Shown here: positions 1 to 9,403 of the stretch, in pieces | Layout: each line of letters starts with the position of its first letter | How positions within the stretch are numbered: the first letter of the stretch is position 1 | Assembly (NCBI GenBank): GCA_043821645.1 | Contig: JBDRCO010000101.1 | Span: 32,001 to 96,000 of the forward strand | Length of the DNA: 64,000 nt | Direction of reading: 5' to 3' | From: Pseudomonadota bacterium | GTDB lineage: Bacteria > Myxococcota > JACRCW01 > JAFGSX01 | Notes under the pieces: model-generated | Told to the model about the DNA's origin: nothing | What the model saw: only the letters and a program-made list of their open reading frames with translations | Database searches by the model: none | Translations under genes and position numbers: made by a program

Positions 1-186
1 CTCGCCCTCCTCGAGCAGATCCAACTTGGGGATCATGCCCTCGGCGTGACCACCGAGCTGCAGGAACACGTACTCCTGTCCGACCGAGAGCACGCTTGCC
101 TCGATCCTCGAGCCAGGCTCCGGGCCCTTGGTCTCGTCTCCGTAGCTTTCGAGCAGTTCCGCAAAGCTGGGTTCGTCGGTGCTCAT
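1..186 (-). CDS. 5' part of S1 RNA-binding domain protein (ribosomal protein S1-like), runs off window start
   Basis: Manual translation from ATG at 186 gives MSTDEPSFAELLESYGDETKGPEPGSRIEASVLSVGQEYVFLQLGGHAEGMIPKLDL, the SFAELL...G..V..V...VF..LG...EG.IP pattern of a bS1 N-terminus. GAGGAG RBS upstream. Not in the ORF track. Confidence 0.8.
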   Translation of the reverse strand, partial: MSTDEPSFAELLESYGDETKGPEPGSRIEASVLSVGQEYVFLQLGGHAEGMIPKLDLLEEGE

Positions 187-320
187 GCACACTCCTCGTG
201 GCCTCCGTCTGTCCGGGAACCGTGTCGCGTGTGCCCGGGAGGCGTCGATAGCAGTGCAAGTTTGCACCGGCGCGTCGAGAAAAAAGCGCTACTGTATTGA
301 AAGTCGAGGAGGTGGCGAGC

Positions 321-542
321 ATGCGATGGTCGGCGCTCAAGATCCTGACCGTGGTTGGCGGTGCAGCCGGTGGCTGGGCTTTCAGTTCGTTCGTGGGGTG
401 TTACTCGTCTTGAGGCATCCTCGGCAACCCGTGGCTCGCGGGTGCTCTGGGCGCCGTGCTCGCGCTCAACCTGGTGTGGACTCCTTCCCGCAACGTTCCT
501 GAAGCCGTGGCTCCTGCGCCCGGGGATCCCCCGGTGGTCTGA
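321..542 (+). CDS. Small two-TM membrane protein (DUF6132-like), probable selenoprotein with UGA=Sec at 411-413
   Basis: GAGGAGG RBS, then ATG 321. Translation MRWSALKILTVVGGAAGGWAFSSFVGCYSS(U)GILGNPWLAGALGAVLALNLVWTPSRN... The frame stays open and hydrophobic after the UGA. The motif matches the GCxxxxCPIxxNP pattern I recall for DUF6132. Confidence 0.65.
423..446 (+). promoter_or_regulatory. Candidate bacterial SECIS hairpin
   Basis: ACCCGUG (427-433) pairs with CGCGGGU (437-443) around a G-first loop GCU, extended by GGC/GCU. The loop lies about 20 nt after the UGA. Confidence 0.5.
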
Positions 543-618
543 CCGGGCACAGGTCCTCGTCGACCCGCGCGCCCGCGACCGCTAGGATGCCTCCTTCCCC
601 ACGCTGCAGGAGGACCTC

Positions 619-1857
619 ATGACGAGCCGGTGGTTCAGTGCCTGCGTGCTGGGTCTGGCCATGTTCGTGGCCATGCCCGGCCGCAGCGCCCAGATGGTGG
701 CCCTGAACATGCGTGCCACCGGTGAAGTCAAGGCTGCCCTGGCCGAGACCCTGACGCCCCTGCTCATCGCCGAGCTGTCGCGGCGCCCCGGTATCAGCGT
801 GGTCAGCCAGGCCGACGTGCGCGCCCTGATGGAGAACGAGGCGCGCAAGCAAGCCATGGGCTGCGACGACACCACCTGCATGACCGAGATCGCGGGCAGC
901 CTGGGTGCCGAGCTGCTGCTGTCGTCGAGCCTGGGCAAGGTTGGCCGCAAGTGGATCGTGAGTCTGACCCTGATCCAGGTCGAGCAGGCCAAGGTGTTCA
1001 GGCGCGTCAGCGGCGAGCAGCTCGGTGGCGACGAGGCCGCGGCAGAAGCGGTGATCGCCGCGGTGCAGGATCTTTTTCGTGACGGACTGCCCGAGGAACT
1101 CCAGGGCCCGGCGTCCTTGTCGCGCCTGGGCTTCAAGGCCGCACTGCTGGGTTTTGCCAGGGTGGTTCGCGATCCGAAGCAGGACCCCAAGCCACCGCGC
1201 AGGCGCATCGTCCTCGATCTGGTCAACACCGAGCTCGACTACGACGTGGAGCCCAAGTTCTACCTGCTCGACGTCACCTCCAACCGCGAGATCTCCGACC
1301 TCGACCGCGTGATCCTCGCCGCCCGCGATCGCACCGAGGCCGACCATCTGCTCGACGCCCGCGACCAGTGGCGCCTGCTTCGTCAAGACTGGGATCGCGT
1401 CAAGGAGATCCGGACCCGCGCCCGCGAGCGTGGCGTGGCACCGTCGGGGCGGCCCCTGCGCTTCGAGGACCCGGAGCCCAGGGAGTGGCCCGAGGCCAAG
1501 GAAGCTCAGACCTACTGGAAGACCGTGGCACCGGCGCAGAAGGTGGTGCTGCGCGCGCTCAAGGCCTACCTCAAGCGAGACCCCAAGGCCTTCGGCGCGC
1601 AGTGGGCCAAGGGCTACGAGGGATCGGCCGGACGTTTCTTCGAGGAGCAGCACGCCACCGATCAGCGCAGCAAGTACACCTACACCATCGCCCCGCAGCA
1701 GGTCGTGACACCCTGGGATCTCAAGAGCCTGATCGAGGCCGCCAAGCCCGACGAGATCACCGTGCTGCTGGTGCAGTTCCGCGACGGAAAACCCTACGAC
1801 GACGATCGCGTGTACATGAAGCTTGAGGAAGGAGTGTGGAAGATACGTTCCTGGTAG
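619..1857 (+). CDS. Secreted hypothetical protein with N-terminal TolB-N/CsgG-like domain
   Basis: AGGAGG RBS, signal peptide, and a 'GCDDTTCMTEIAGSLGAELLLSSSLGKVG' motif typical of myxobacterial periplasmic proteins. Confidence 0.7.
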   Translation: MTSRWFSACVLGLAMFVAMPGRSAQMVALNMRATGEVKAALAETLTPLLIAELSRRPGISVVSQADVRALMENEARKQAMGCDDTTCMTEIAGSLGAELLLSSSLGKVGRKWIVSLTLIQVEQAKVFRRVSGEQLGGDEAAAEAVIAAVQDLFRDGLPEELQGPASLSRLGFKAALLGFARVVRDPKQDPKPPRRRIVLDLVNTELDYDVEPKFYLLDVTSNREISDLDRVILAARDRTEADHLLDARDQWRLLRQDWDRVKEIRTRARERGVAPSGRPLRFEDPEPREWPEAKEAQTYWKTVAPAQKVVLRALKAYLKRDPKAFGAQWAKGYEGSAGRFFEEQHATDQRSKYTYTIAPQQVVTPWDLKSLIEAAKPDEITVLLVQFRDGKPYDDDRVYMKLEEGVWKIRSW

Positions 1858-1883
1858 AGCTACCCCTGGCGGGCTGCGGTAGC

Positions 1884-4700
1884 CTAGTGCAGCACCTCGA
1901 AGCGCGCGTTGTCCGCCATGCCGCTGGTGTTCCGGTAATTCTTGAACGACGGCCACATCCGGCTCGGCGTGAAGTAGTGGATCGCCGGTACATCGCTGCC
2001 CAGGCTCCGGGTGTCGGCAATTTCTCCTGTGGCGACCACGTCCAGCAGACCGCAGCCGCTGTCCAGTTCCGTCAGCTTCACCACCAGGCGCGCAGCGGTG
2101 GGAGCGAGCTTGTGGACCTCGAGTCGTAGCCTGTACCAGGTGTCCCGTCGAATCAGGCCCGTCAGATCTGCGATTCGCGGTCGGCGGTCGACGGTGGCCC
2201 CGTCCCAGTAGCCCTCGATGTTCAGGCCGCCGGTCTCGTCCGGGTCCAGCTGCACCCCGAAGTTGAGAGCTGAATCCACCGAGGTGCCGCGCAGGCTCCA
2301 GCCCACGCGGTCGTCGTCGAAGCCTGCCGCACTGCTGCTTTGAAAATCCATCTCGAACACGACCCCGGTCAGGCCTGTGTCGTTCCAGTCGAAGGGGCTG
2401 GCCGTGCGGTTGAAGATCGAACGGCCCGGTGCCAGGCCCACCGTGTCACCGCAACCCATACCCGGGGTGACAATGGGTCCGTCGTCATCGAACCAATCCA
2501 CGTGATCCCCGACGTCCACACCCGCGGCGAAGCCGCTGTCGAAGGTCTCGAAGAATCCTGGGTCCGCGGCCACCGGGCCCTGGCAGCTGAGGTCTATGCG
2601 GAGCGCATCCTGGGCGCAGTTGGTGCGCAACTCCTCGATGCTCAATGCGTGGTCGTACAGCCGGACCACCGCGATGTCGCCGTCGAAGGCGCCGGCGGGT
2701 ACACCCGTCGAGTTCAGCATGCGTCCCACGCCCAGAGGGTTGTGGTTGCTCGTGTTCGGGATCACGGACAGGGGCTCCGCGGTGTCGACTCCGCCGTCGA
2801 CGACTAGGGCCCTGGTGATGCCATTGTAGGTGACGGCCACCTGGTGCCAGTCTCCGATAGTCAAGGCTGCAAGGCCGACGAGCGGTGTGTTGAGACTGGT
2901 ACTGGCATCCTCGAGGTCTGTGCCCACCCTGCCATCTTCGGTGATGCCCAGGATGTAGTTGAAGTCGACCAGGCTGTTTTCCTGCTCGTCCCGTCCCTTG
3001 GACACGAGAGGTTCGAGAGGGATGCCACCGGTGCCAGTGATGTTGACCGAACCCACAGCGCGCCGGCGCATCAAGACCTCGACGGTGAAGGTGGGGCTGT
3101 TCAAGACCCCTGAGGGGTCTGCGATCGCGGCCTGATCGTCGACGCCATCAAAAGACAGGCGGTAGGGATCCGTGTCCAGACCCGCGCCTGTCCAGCCCGA
3201 ATTCACGCCGCAGGCCGGTGAGGAGAAGCCGGTGAGGGCGCTTGACCAGGCGCTGTGCAGGTCGAGCCATTGCAGGGGTGCCGATACCGGGCAGGAGGCT
3301 CCGGCAAAGCTGGCGCCATCGCTTTGTGCGGCGTCCAGGTGGAGCAGGAGGCCGGAGCTGACGATGGTACATCCCTCGTCGATCCCGTCCTGGCAGTTGT
3401 TGTCCACGCCGTCGCAGGTCTCAACCTGGCCGGGTGCGATAGCGATGTCCGCGTCGTCACAATCGTTGGCAGTGGCCGTGGCCAGCCAGGTGGTGCCCGC
3501 GCCATCAGGGTCCTGGCAGGACGGGGTCACGGCGGTGTTCACGGTGTAGCCATCGCCATCCGAGTCCCGATACCACAGGGGGGCCAGGTCCTCGCCATCG
3601 TGGCCGTCGCAGTCTTGATCCTGCCCGTCGCAGCTGTCTTGAGCTGGATTGCCAGGATAGCAGTCAGCTCCACAGGCACCCGTGTCATCGTCGCAGTCAA
3701 AAGCCGTGACAGCGGAGCCGGCGATCCATCGAGAGCCATTCCCGTCCGGATCATCACAGGCCACGACGGGATCCAGAGCGCCAGGAGCGCCGTCGCCGTC
3801 GGCGTCGACAAACCACAACCGAAGGTCGTCCTCGCCGTCGCGACCGTCGCAGTTCTGGTCGAGCGCATCGCACAGGTCGCGGGTCGAGTTGGAGGGGAAA
3901 CAGGAGGCACCACACTGCTGGGGGTCGTCGTCGCAGTCGAAGGCAACTAGTCCGGCGGCGGGCAGCCATTCCCCGCCGGTCCCGTCAGGGTCCTCGCAGC
4001 TCACGACCAGCTCCGTCGCCCGGGGGAACCCGTCGCCATCCACGTCGCGGAACCAAGCCCGTCCCTCGGCCTCGCCCTCGACGCCATCGCAGTCGTCGTC
4101 GAGGTCATCACACAGGTCCGGGGCGAGGTTGCCGGGAAAGCAGCCGGCACCGCAGGCTGATGGATCATCATCGCAGTCGAGGGTCGTGGCCACGGCGACC
4201 CAGTGGATGTCCGCACCATCGGGATCCGCGCACGCTCGCAGGGTCGCGGTCGACCCCACGAAGCCATCGCCATCCTCATCCAGGTACCAGTCCAGAGTTG
4301 TCACGCCGGGTCCAGCCATCCCCGTGCAGTGGCCCTGGGCGTCGCAGCTATCGTGCTCGGTGCAGTCCAGGCCGTCGTCACAGGGGCCAGTCACCGGCAG
4401 GTGCTGACAGGTTCCGGAGGCACAGCGGTCGTCGGTGCAGTCGTTCCGGTCATCACAGTGGGCGTCCAGATGGCATGCGGCGGGACTCTCGGCGACGCAA
4501 TGCACCGCTGCGTCGAGGACAAACCCGACTTCACACGCGCAACGCGGCTGCCCGTCGACGTTCTCGCACTGGCCATGGCCGTCGCAGTTCACGCTGCTGC
4601 AGGGGTCGGAACGATCTGGGTCGAAGCCCAGGCGAGTGCATGCAGGAGCTGTCCAGAGCGCGGCGACGAGGAGGATCGTCGGATACCGTGGACGAAGCAT
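1884..4700 (-). CDS. Cys/Asp-rich surface (lipo)protein: EGF-like domain, MopE-like putative metal-binding repeats, LamG-like jellyroll
   Basis: Signal peptide ending in Cys. EGF-like CDGHGQC..CACEVG. Four W(Y/F)xDxDGDG...DCDD repeats and DCDDADIAIAPGQVETCDGVDNNC. LamG motifs LSFDGVDD, WHQVAVTY and FDGDIAVVRLYDHAL. Confidence 0.85.
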   Translation of the reverse strand: MLRPRYPTILLVAALWTAPACTRLGFDPDRSDPCSSVNCDGHGQCENVDGQPRCACEVGFVLDAAVHCVAESPAACHLDAHCDDRNDCTDDRCASGTCQHLPVTGPCDDGLDCTEHDSCDAQGHCTGMAGPGVTTLDWYLDEDGDGFVGSTATLRACADPDGADIHWVAVATTLDCDDDPSACGAGCFPGNLAPDLCDDLDDDCDGVEGEAEGRAWFRDVDGDGFPRATELVVSCEDPDGTGGEWLPAAGLVAFDCDDDPQQCGASCFPSNSTRDLCDALDQNCDGRDGEDDLRLWFVDADGDGAPGALDPVVACDDPDGNGSRWIAGSAVTAFDCDDDTGACGADCYPGNPAQDSCDGQDQDCDGHDGEDLAPLWYRDSDGDGYTVNTAVTPSCQDPDGAGTTWLATATANDCDDADIAIAPGQVETCDGVDNNCQDGIDEGCTIVSSGLLLHLDAAQSDGASFAGASCPVSAPLQWLDLHSAWSSALTGFSSPACGVNSGWTGAGLDTDPYRLSFDGVDDQAAIADPSGVLNSPTFTVEVLMRRRAVGSVNITGTGGIPLEPLVSKGRDEQENSLVDFNYILGITEDGRVGTDLEDASTSLNTPLVGLAALTIGDWHQVAVTYNGITRALVVDGGVDTAEPLSVIPNTSNHNPLGVGRMLNSTGVPAGAFDGDIAVVRLYDHALSIEELRTNCAQDALRIDLSCQGPVAADPGFFETFDSGFAAGVDVGDHVDWFDDDGPIVTPGMGCGDTVGLAPGRSIFNRTASPFDWNDTGLTGVVFEMDFQSSSAAGFDDDRVGWSLRGTSVDSALNFGVQLDPDETGGLNIEGYWDGATVDRRPRIADLTGLIRRDTWYRLRLEVHKLAPTAARLVVKLTELDSGCGLLDVVATGEIADTRSLGSDVPAIHYFTPSRMWPSFKNYRNTSGMADNARFEVLH

Positions 4701-5062
4701 GAACAACCCCTTGGAACAACACCCTGGACCGGTGACAGACTCGCGAGTCCAAGCATCCTGCGGCTGCGTCGGACCCTGCGCGTTCTTCTCGTGACTCCAT
4801 GTTTACCACAGGGTCCAGTAGGTCGGTGCGCAAGCGGCAGCTTTTTACCGTGACCGCGTGCCCTGCGTCGGCCTGGCTCGCCAGAGGATCGGAGAACTCG
4901 AGCAGATCCTGCTCAGCGAGATCGAGAGCGGTGAGCAGCGACGTGACAAGGGCCGGGATACCACGGGGCTGCTACAGGAGTTCGGACCCGCACCCATCTC
5001 CGCGGAGGCTTCCGCGGTGGCCGGGCTGGGCTGAAGGTGCGTGAATCGGCACCGGGCACAGC

Positions 5063-6016
5063 TCACATCTCGTCGATGCTCTTTCCGCCCAGCCACATCA
5101 GGGCCACTCCCCCACCAGCGCTGGCCGCGGCGGTCACGGCTGCGGCGCCGCCGAGCAGCCCCCAGGTGGTCCACAGCGCGGAACTCTGGGTCTGGTAGGA
5201 CTGGGGATTGCTCTGCTCCAGGGGGGCAAGCTGGGACACCAGGTAAGCCCCGTTGGCGATGGAACCCACGGCCGCCAGGGCGCTGACCGCGCCCACGGCC
5301 ACCAGGCCACCCCCGATGCTGTAGAAGGTCAGGGCCTCGCGCAGGGAGCTGTGCGTGTCGACCTCGGCGATGCTGCGCCGCGGGGTCTCGGGCTCCACAG
5401 TCTCTCGAGCGGGGGCCGGCAAGGGCGCCAGTTCGGGCAAGGGCTCCTCGACGGGCTCGCTGGCCAGGGCAACACGGGTCCCCTCGTCCCTGGGCTTTGC
5501 AGGAGCCTCGTCCTCATCGGCGTCACCGTCGGGCAGGGCTGTGCCACTGCTGCGGGATGCGCCATCGCGACTCCGCCGTGGCGGGCTGTCGCTGACCGGT
5601 GGATCCTTTGCGGGCTGCACGGGGCTGCGGGGGCTGGCGGCCGTGGCGCTCTCGTCGGGCTGCACCGGGCGGCGTGCGCCCTCGCGCGCGGGCTCCTCGC
5701 TCCGGCTCGGGGGGGGAGTGGGTTTGGGCTTCGGGGCCGCCTCGGCCGGCGCCTCTTTGGTCCGGCTCGCCGCGGCAGGTGCGTCCTTGGGCATGCAGGC
5801 CTTGACGCCCTTGGTGGCCAGCTCGGCGGCCGGGCCGCTGTCGTTGCGCAGCCGGTCCACGACGTCGTTGCAGGCCTTGCGCCGCTGCTCCTCGGGCAGC
5901 TTGCACACGCCCACGGCCAGCTCGTCGGCGGCGATCATGTCCCCCTGCTTGACCATCGAGATGAGCTGCTTGTGCTCGGGGCTCAGGCTCAGCAACAGGA
6001 ACAGCAATGCGTGCAT
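5063..6016 (-). CDS. Hypothetical protein with signal peptide, Pro/Ala-rich linker and two C-terminal TM helices
   Basis: GAGGT RBS, N-terminal hydrophobic stretch, low-complexity middle, hydrophobic C-terminal hairpin. Confidence 0.7.
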   Translation of the reverse strand: MHALLFLLLSLSPEHKQLISMVKQGDMIAADELAVGVCKLPEEQRRKACNDVVDRLRNDSGPAAELATKGVKACMPKDAPAAASRTKEAPAEAAPKPKPTPPPSRSEEPAREGARRPVQPDESATAASPRSPVQPAKDPPVSDSPPRRSRDGASRSSGTALPDGDADEDEAPAKPRDEGTRVALASEPVEEPLPELAPLPAPARETVEPETPRRSIAEVDTHSSLREALTFYSIGGGLVAVGAVSALAAVGSIANGAYLVSQLAPLEQSNPQSYQTQSSALWTTWGLLGGAAAVTAAASAGGGVALMWLGGKSIDEM

Positions 6017-6097
6017 GGTGACCTCGTACGTCGACGGAAACAGCGTTCGATGCTCGCTCTGTATGCGCGCGCCAGGGGCCTCGCAACAAAAAAACGG

Positions 6098-6511
6098 TCA
6101 GGCTCCTGGGCCGTGGGTGGTGAGCTGCGTGGCGAAGTGGTGGTCTGCGGGTGCGAGACGCAGTGCCCCCAGCTTCTCCGGCTCCAACCAGCGGACGGCC
6201 TGGTGCTCGAGTGCCGTGGGCTCACCCGCGGTCGTGCAGGCGTAGAAGCGGATCAGGTAGGGCGATCCCGGATCCCGGGTCTCGTACAGCACGTCTCCTA
6301 TCGTCACCTCGCGCAGGTCCAGCTCCTCCCGCAGCTCTCGACGCAGCGCACTCCCTTCGTCCTCGTCCATGCGCACCTTACCTCCGGGAAACTCCCACAG
6401 CCCTGCGTGGCGGCTCCCGGCGGGGCGCTGACACATCAAGACCTGGCCACCGCGACGTATCACGGCGGCCACCACCACGATGACGGGAGTGGAGGACTCT
6501 GGGACTGCCAT
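6098..6511 (-). CDS. Nudix hydrolase, MutT-like (d)NTP pyrophosphohydrolase
   Basis: WEFPGGKV...E...ALRRELREEL Nudix box, with VVAAVIRR and C-terminal APAD motifs. Confidence 0.9.
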   Translation of the reverse strand: MAVPESSTPVIVVVAAVIRRGGQVLMCQRPAGSRHAGLWEFPGGKVRMDEDEGSALRRELREELDLREVTIGDVLYETRDPGSPYLIRFYACTTAGEPTALEHQAVRWLEPEKLGALRLAPADHHFATQLTTHGPGA

Positions 6512-6630
6512 GGCCCCGGACTGTAGCATCCGCCTGCTGGCCAGTATTGCCCAGGGTGCGTTCCTCGGCGTACAACCGCGTCCAGGGGTGATGCATGCAG
6601 GAACGAGCGGGAGATCCCTGGGCAGGGACG

Positions 6631-7935
6631 ATGTGGACACGAGGCCTGGTCCTGGCTGGCAGTGCCGGCGCCGGGCTGGCCGCGCTGGTGCTGGTGCTGC
6701 TTCGCGTGGTCTGTGCCGAGACCACGGGCCCCCTGTGTGGTGGTCTGGCTGCGGGCCCACCCTGGCTCTTCCTGTGGCTGGTCGCGGTGACACCTGCGGG
6801 ACTGGTGCTGTGGGTGCACGCTCACCGGCTGCGTGCCCGGGCCCTCGCGCTGCAGGCCGATCAGCTGGCACTGGAGAGAGAGCGCCTGCAGCTCGCACAG
6901 CAGGGGGAACAGCGTGCTCGCCAGGCACAGCTGCTCATGGACGACGAGCGCCGATCCGCGACGAGCACGTCAGGCGAGCGGGAAGCGGCCGAGCGCTTCG
7001 CGGCGAGCGTGGCCTTGCTCGGAACCGACAAGGTGGAGGCGCGCCTTGGCGCCATTTATGCCCTGGAGCTGGTCGCTCAGGACAGCGCGCGCTTCTGCGC
7101 CGTGGTGGTCGAGACCCTGGCGGCCTTCGTGCGGCAGGCTGCGCCGTTGCCGCTGACCCGCGATGGTGGGCTGACGCGCGCAGCCGAGCGACCCGGCGAG
7201 GACGTGTCCGCGGCCCTGGCCGTGCTCGGACGTCTCCCCCGGGCTGTCCGCAGCGGAGGGAGCGGAGTGGATCTGTCCTGCACCAACCTGCGCCGTGCCA
7301 GCCTGGCCGGCGGCAACTTTGCCGGTTTCAATTTCAAACGCGCCCTTCTTCGCTGTGCAGATCTCGAAGGCGCAGACCTGCACGGGGCCAACCTGTCTTA
7401 CGCCGAACTATCGGGCGATCTGCGCGAGACCGACCTGGACAAGATCGATCGCTTCGACCCGCGCTGGGTGGGGGCGAGCCTGCGCGGGGTGGATCTGCGC
7501 GGGGCTGACCTGAGCCACGCGGACCTGCGCGGGGCGCGCCTGGGAGAAGCTCGCCTGGGCCTTCTCGACGAGGCCGATGCGGGCAGCGGCGCCGAACTCT
7601 ACGATGCGGACCTGCGCTGGGCCGATCTGAGCAAGGCCGACCTCGCCGGGGCGCGGCTCATGGCCGCCAAGCTCCGCAGCGCCAACCTGAGCGAGGCCAG
7701 CCTGCAGCGCGCCAATCTGAGCAAGGCGGTGCTCGTCGACGCCAACCTGCAGCGCTGTGATCTGCTCGAAGCCAACCTGACCCGGGCCGACCTGACCGGG
7801 GCTCGACTGCGCGGGGTCGCGGGCCTGCTGGCCAAGCAGCTCGAGTCCGCCAGCAGCTACGCCCGGGCCGAGCTCGACGACAGCTTGGCCCAGCGCCTCA
7901 AGGACCGCCTCCCCACGCCCGCCGAGCCCGGTTGA
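6631..7935 (+). CDS. Membrane-anchored pentapeptide-repeat protein
   Basis: Two N-terminal TMs, an RLGAIYALE motif, and many A(D/N)LxxA repeats in the C-terminal half. Confidence 0.9.
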   Translation: MWTRGLVLAGSAGAGLAALVLVLLRVVCAETTGPLCGGLAAGPPWLFLWLVAVTPAGLVLWVHAHRLRARALALQADQLALERERLQLAQQGEQRARQAQLLMDDERRSATSTSGEREAAERFAASVALLGTDKVEARLGAIYALELVAQDSARFCAVVVETLAAFVRQAAPLPLTRDGGLTRAAERPGEDVSAALAVLGRLPRAVRSGGSGVDLSCTNLRRASLAGGNFAGFNFKRALLRCADLEGADLHGANLSYAELSGDLRETDLDKIDRFDPRWVGASLRGVDLRGADLSHADLRGARLGEARLGLLDEADAGSGAELYDADLRWADLSKADLAGARLMAAKLRSANLSEASLQRANLSKAVLVDANLQRCDLLEANLTRADLTGARLRGVAGLLAKQLESASSYARAELDDSLAQRLKDRLPTPAEPG

Positions 7936-8116
7936 ATCGACCGAAATCCCGGCTTGTCGACGTGGCGAGTGCCTGGTCTCTCGACCAGGCCGGGGAGGGC
8001 GTGTCGTGGAGCCCAAAAAAAACGAAGCGAGGCGGTGAAGACCGAAGCGAGCACATCGGTCACAGCAAGAGGTTCCTGCGCCGCAGTCGGTGGATGTTCC
8101 CACCAGGCACCGGGGT

Positions 8117-9172
8117 TCAGGGGCGCGGCTCGTCTGTTCCCGGGTCCGCGGGCTCCAGGTCTTCGCAGCCGAGCAGGACCGGGGTGCCGTCGAGGGTGTA
8201 GCTGTCCTGGCACAGCTCAACCTCACCCTCGAACAGCGTGCAGTTCACCACCTCGGCCTCGGCCATGCAGTCGTAGGACCAGGTGCCGTCGCTGCAGTGC
8301 TGCCACACCAGGTTGTCCGAGCCATCGAACAGGACCTCGCACTGGGTCTCGCCATCGTCGTAGAGACACAGCGCGCCGCCATCGTCCTGTGGCGTGCATG
8401 ACTGCATGACGTCATCAGGGATGTTCTCCTCGCCACGATCATCAGGCTCGTCGACGTAGGCCTCGCAGCCGAGATCGAGGGGCTCCCCTTCCGGGGTGTA
8501 GCTGTCCTGACACAGCAGTTCGCCGTCGACCACCAGATCGCACAGGATGACGCCCTGCTGCGCCAGGCAGTCGTAATTCCAGCTGCCGTCGCTGCACTGC
8601 TGGCTCAGGAAGCTGTCGTCGGGGGCGAACCACACTTCGCACTGCACGACGCCATCGTCATACAGGCAGAGGGTGGTGCCGTCGCTCTGCGGTTCGCAGT
8701 TCTCCACCGGATCCAGGATGTCATCGTCGCAGGTGCTCGAGGAGAGCTGGTACTCCAGATCATAGGTGTCGACGCAACTGCCGCGTTCGCTGGTCAGGGT
8801 GCAGGTGATCTGCGCACCGCCGTTGAGGCAACTGTACTGGCCCCAGGGTCCACTGCACTCCTGAGCGAGCAGCAGCTCATCCGCGTCGACGGTGTAGCTG
8901 CACAGGGTGCCGGCGCCGTCGTCCCACAGGCAGTCCCAGCCTCCGCCGTCCCGCGCTGTGCACTCCTCGCCACTGCCTGCTGCATCCTCCGTGGTGTCGC
9001 CCTCGCCGCCGACCCCGAAGCGGCTGGTCCCGATCGGAGCGATCCCAGGAGCGGCCACGCCTGGCCCCACCGTTCCGTCGTCGCCGGTGGGATCGCACGC
9101 GGGCATGCACAGCACCATGCCCGCGATGGGTAGCAAGGTGAGTGCGGAGAACACAGGTCGAGTCTGGGTCAT
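8117..9172 (-). CDS. Acidic lipoprotein with three tandem ~80-aa 8-Cys modules
   Basis: Lipobox-like MPAC, GAGGAG RBS, and three repeats with conserved Cys spacing (CL(W/Y)DDG...C...CS....Y.C...C...C.D(S/T)Y...C). Confidence 0.8.
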   Translation of the reverse strand: MTQTRPVFSALTLLPIAGMVLCMPACDPTGDDGTVGPGVAAPGIAPIGTSRFGVGGEGDTTEDAAGSGEECTARDGGGWDCLWDDGAGTLCSYTVDADELLLAQECSGPWGQYSCLNGGAQITCTLTSERGSCVDTYDLEYQLSSSTCDDDILDPVENCEPQSDGTTLCLYDDGVVQCEVWFAPDDSFLSQQCSDGSWNYDCLAQQGVILCDLVVDGELLCQDSYTPEGEPLDLGCEAYVDEPDDRGEENIPDDVMQSCTPQDDGGALCLYDDGETQCEVLFDGSDNLVWQHCSDGTWSYDCMAEAEVVNCTLFEGEVELCQDSYTLDGTPVLLGCEDLEPADPGTDEPRP

Positions 9173-9403
9173 GGCGGACTCCTCGGCAGACCTCGATGGA
9201 GGTCAAGGTTCGACGCCGGCAACAGATCGCGGTGTGTGCAATCTGCGCCCCTGCGCCACGGGGTCTCGTGCTGTGCACCCCCCCGACCCGGGCGGGCACG
9301 TTGTTGCCTTGATAGTGCGCCGCGCAGGTGCGGGTGTTCACGCTGCGCGTGCTCAGAGGTCTTTTTTTTCTGGCAGACGGGCTCTGTCAGGTCCGATCGA
9401 GGC

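Noticed and set aside
4858-5034. 58-codon plus-strand ORF (VPCVGLARQRIGELEQILL...)
   Set aside because: No RBS and no recognisable motif. It could be a gene remnant but cannot be supported.
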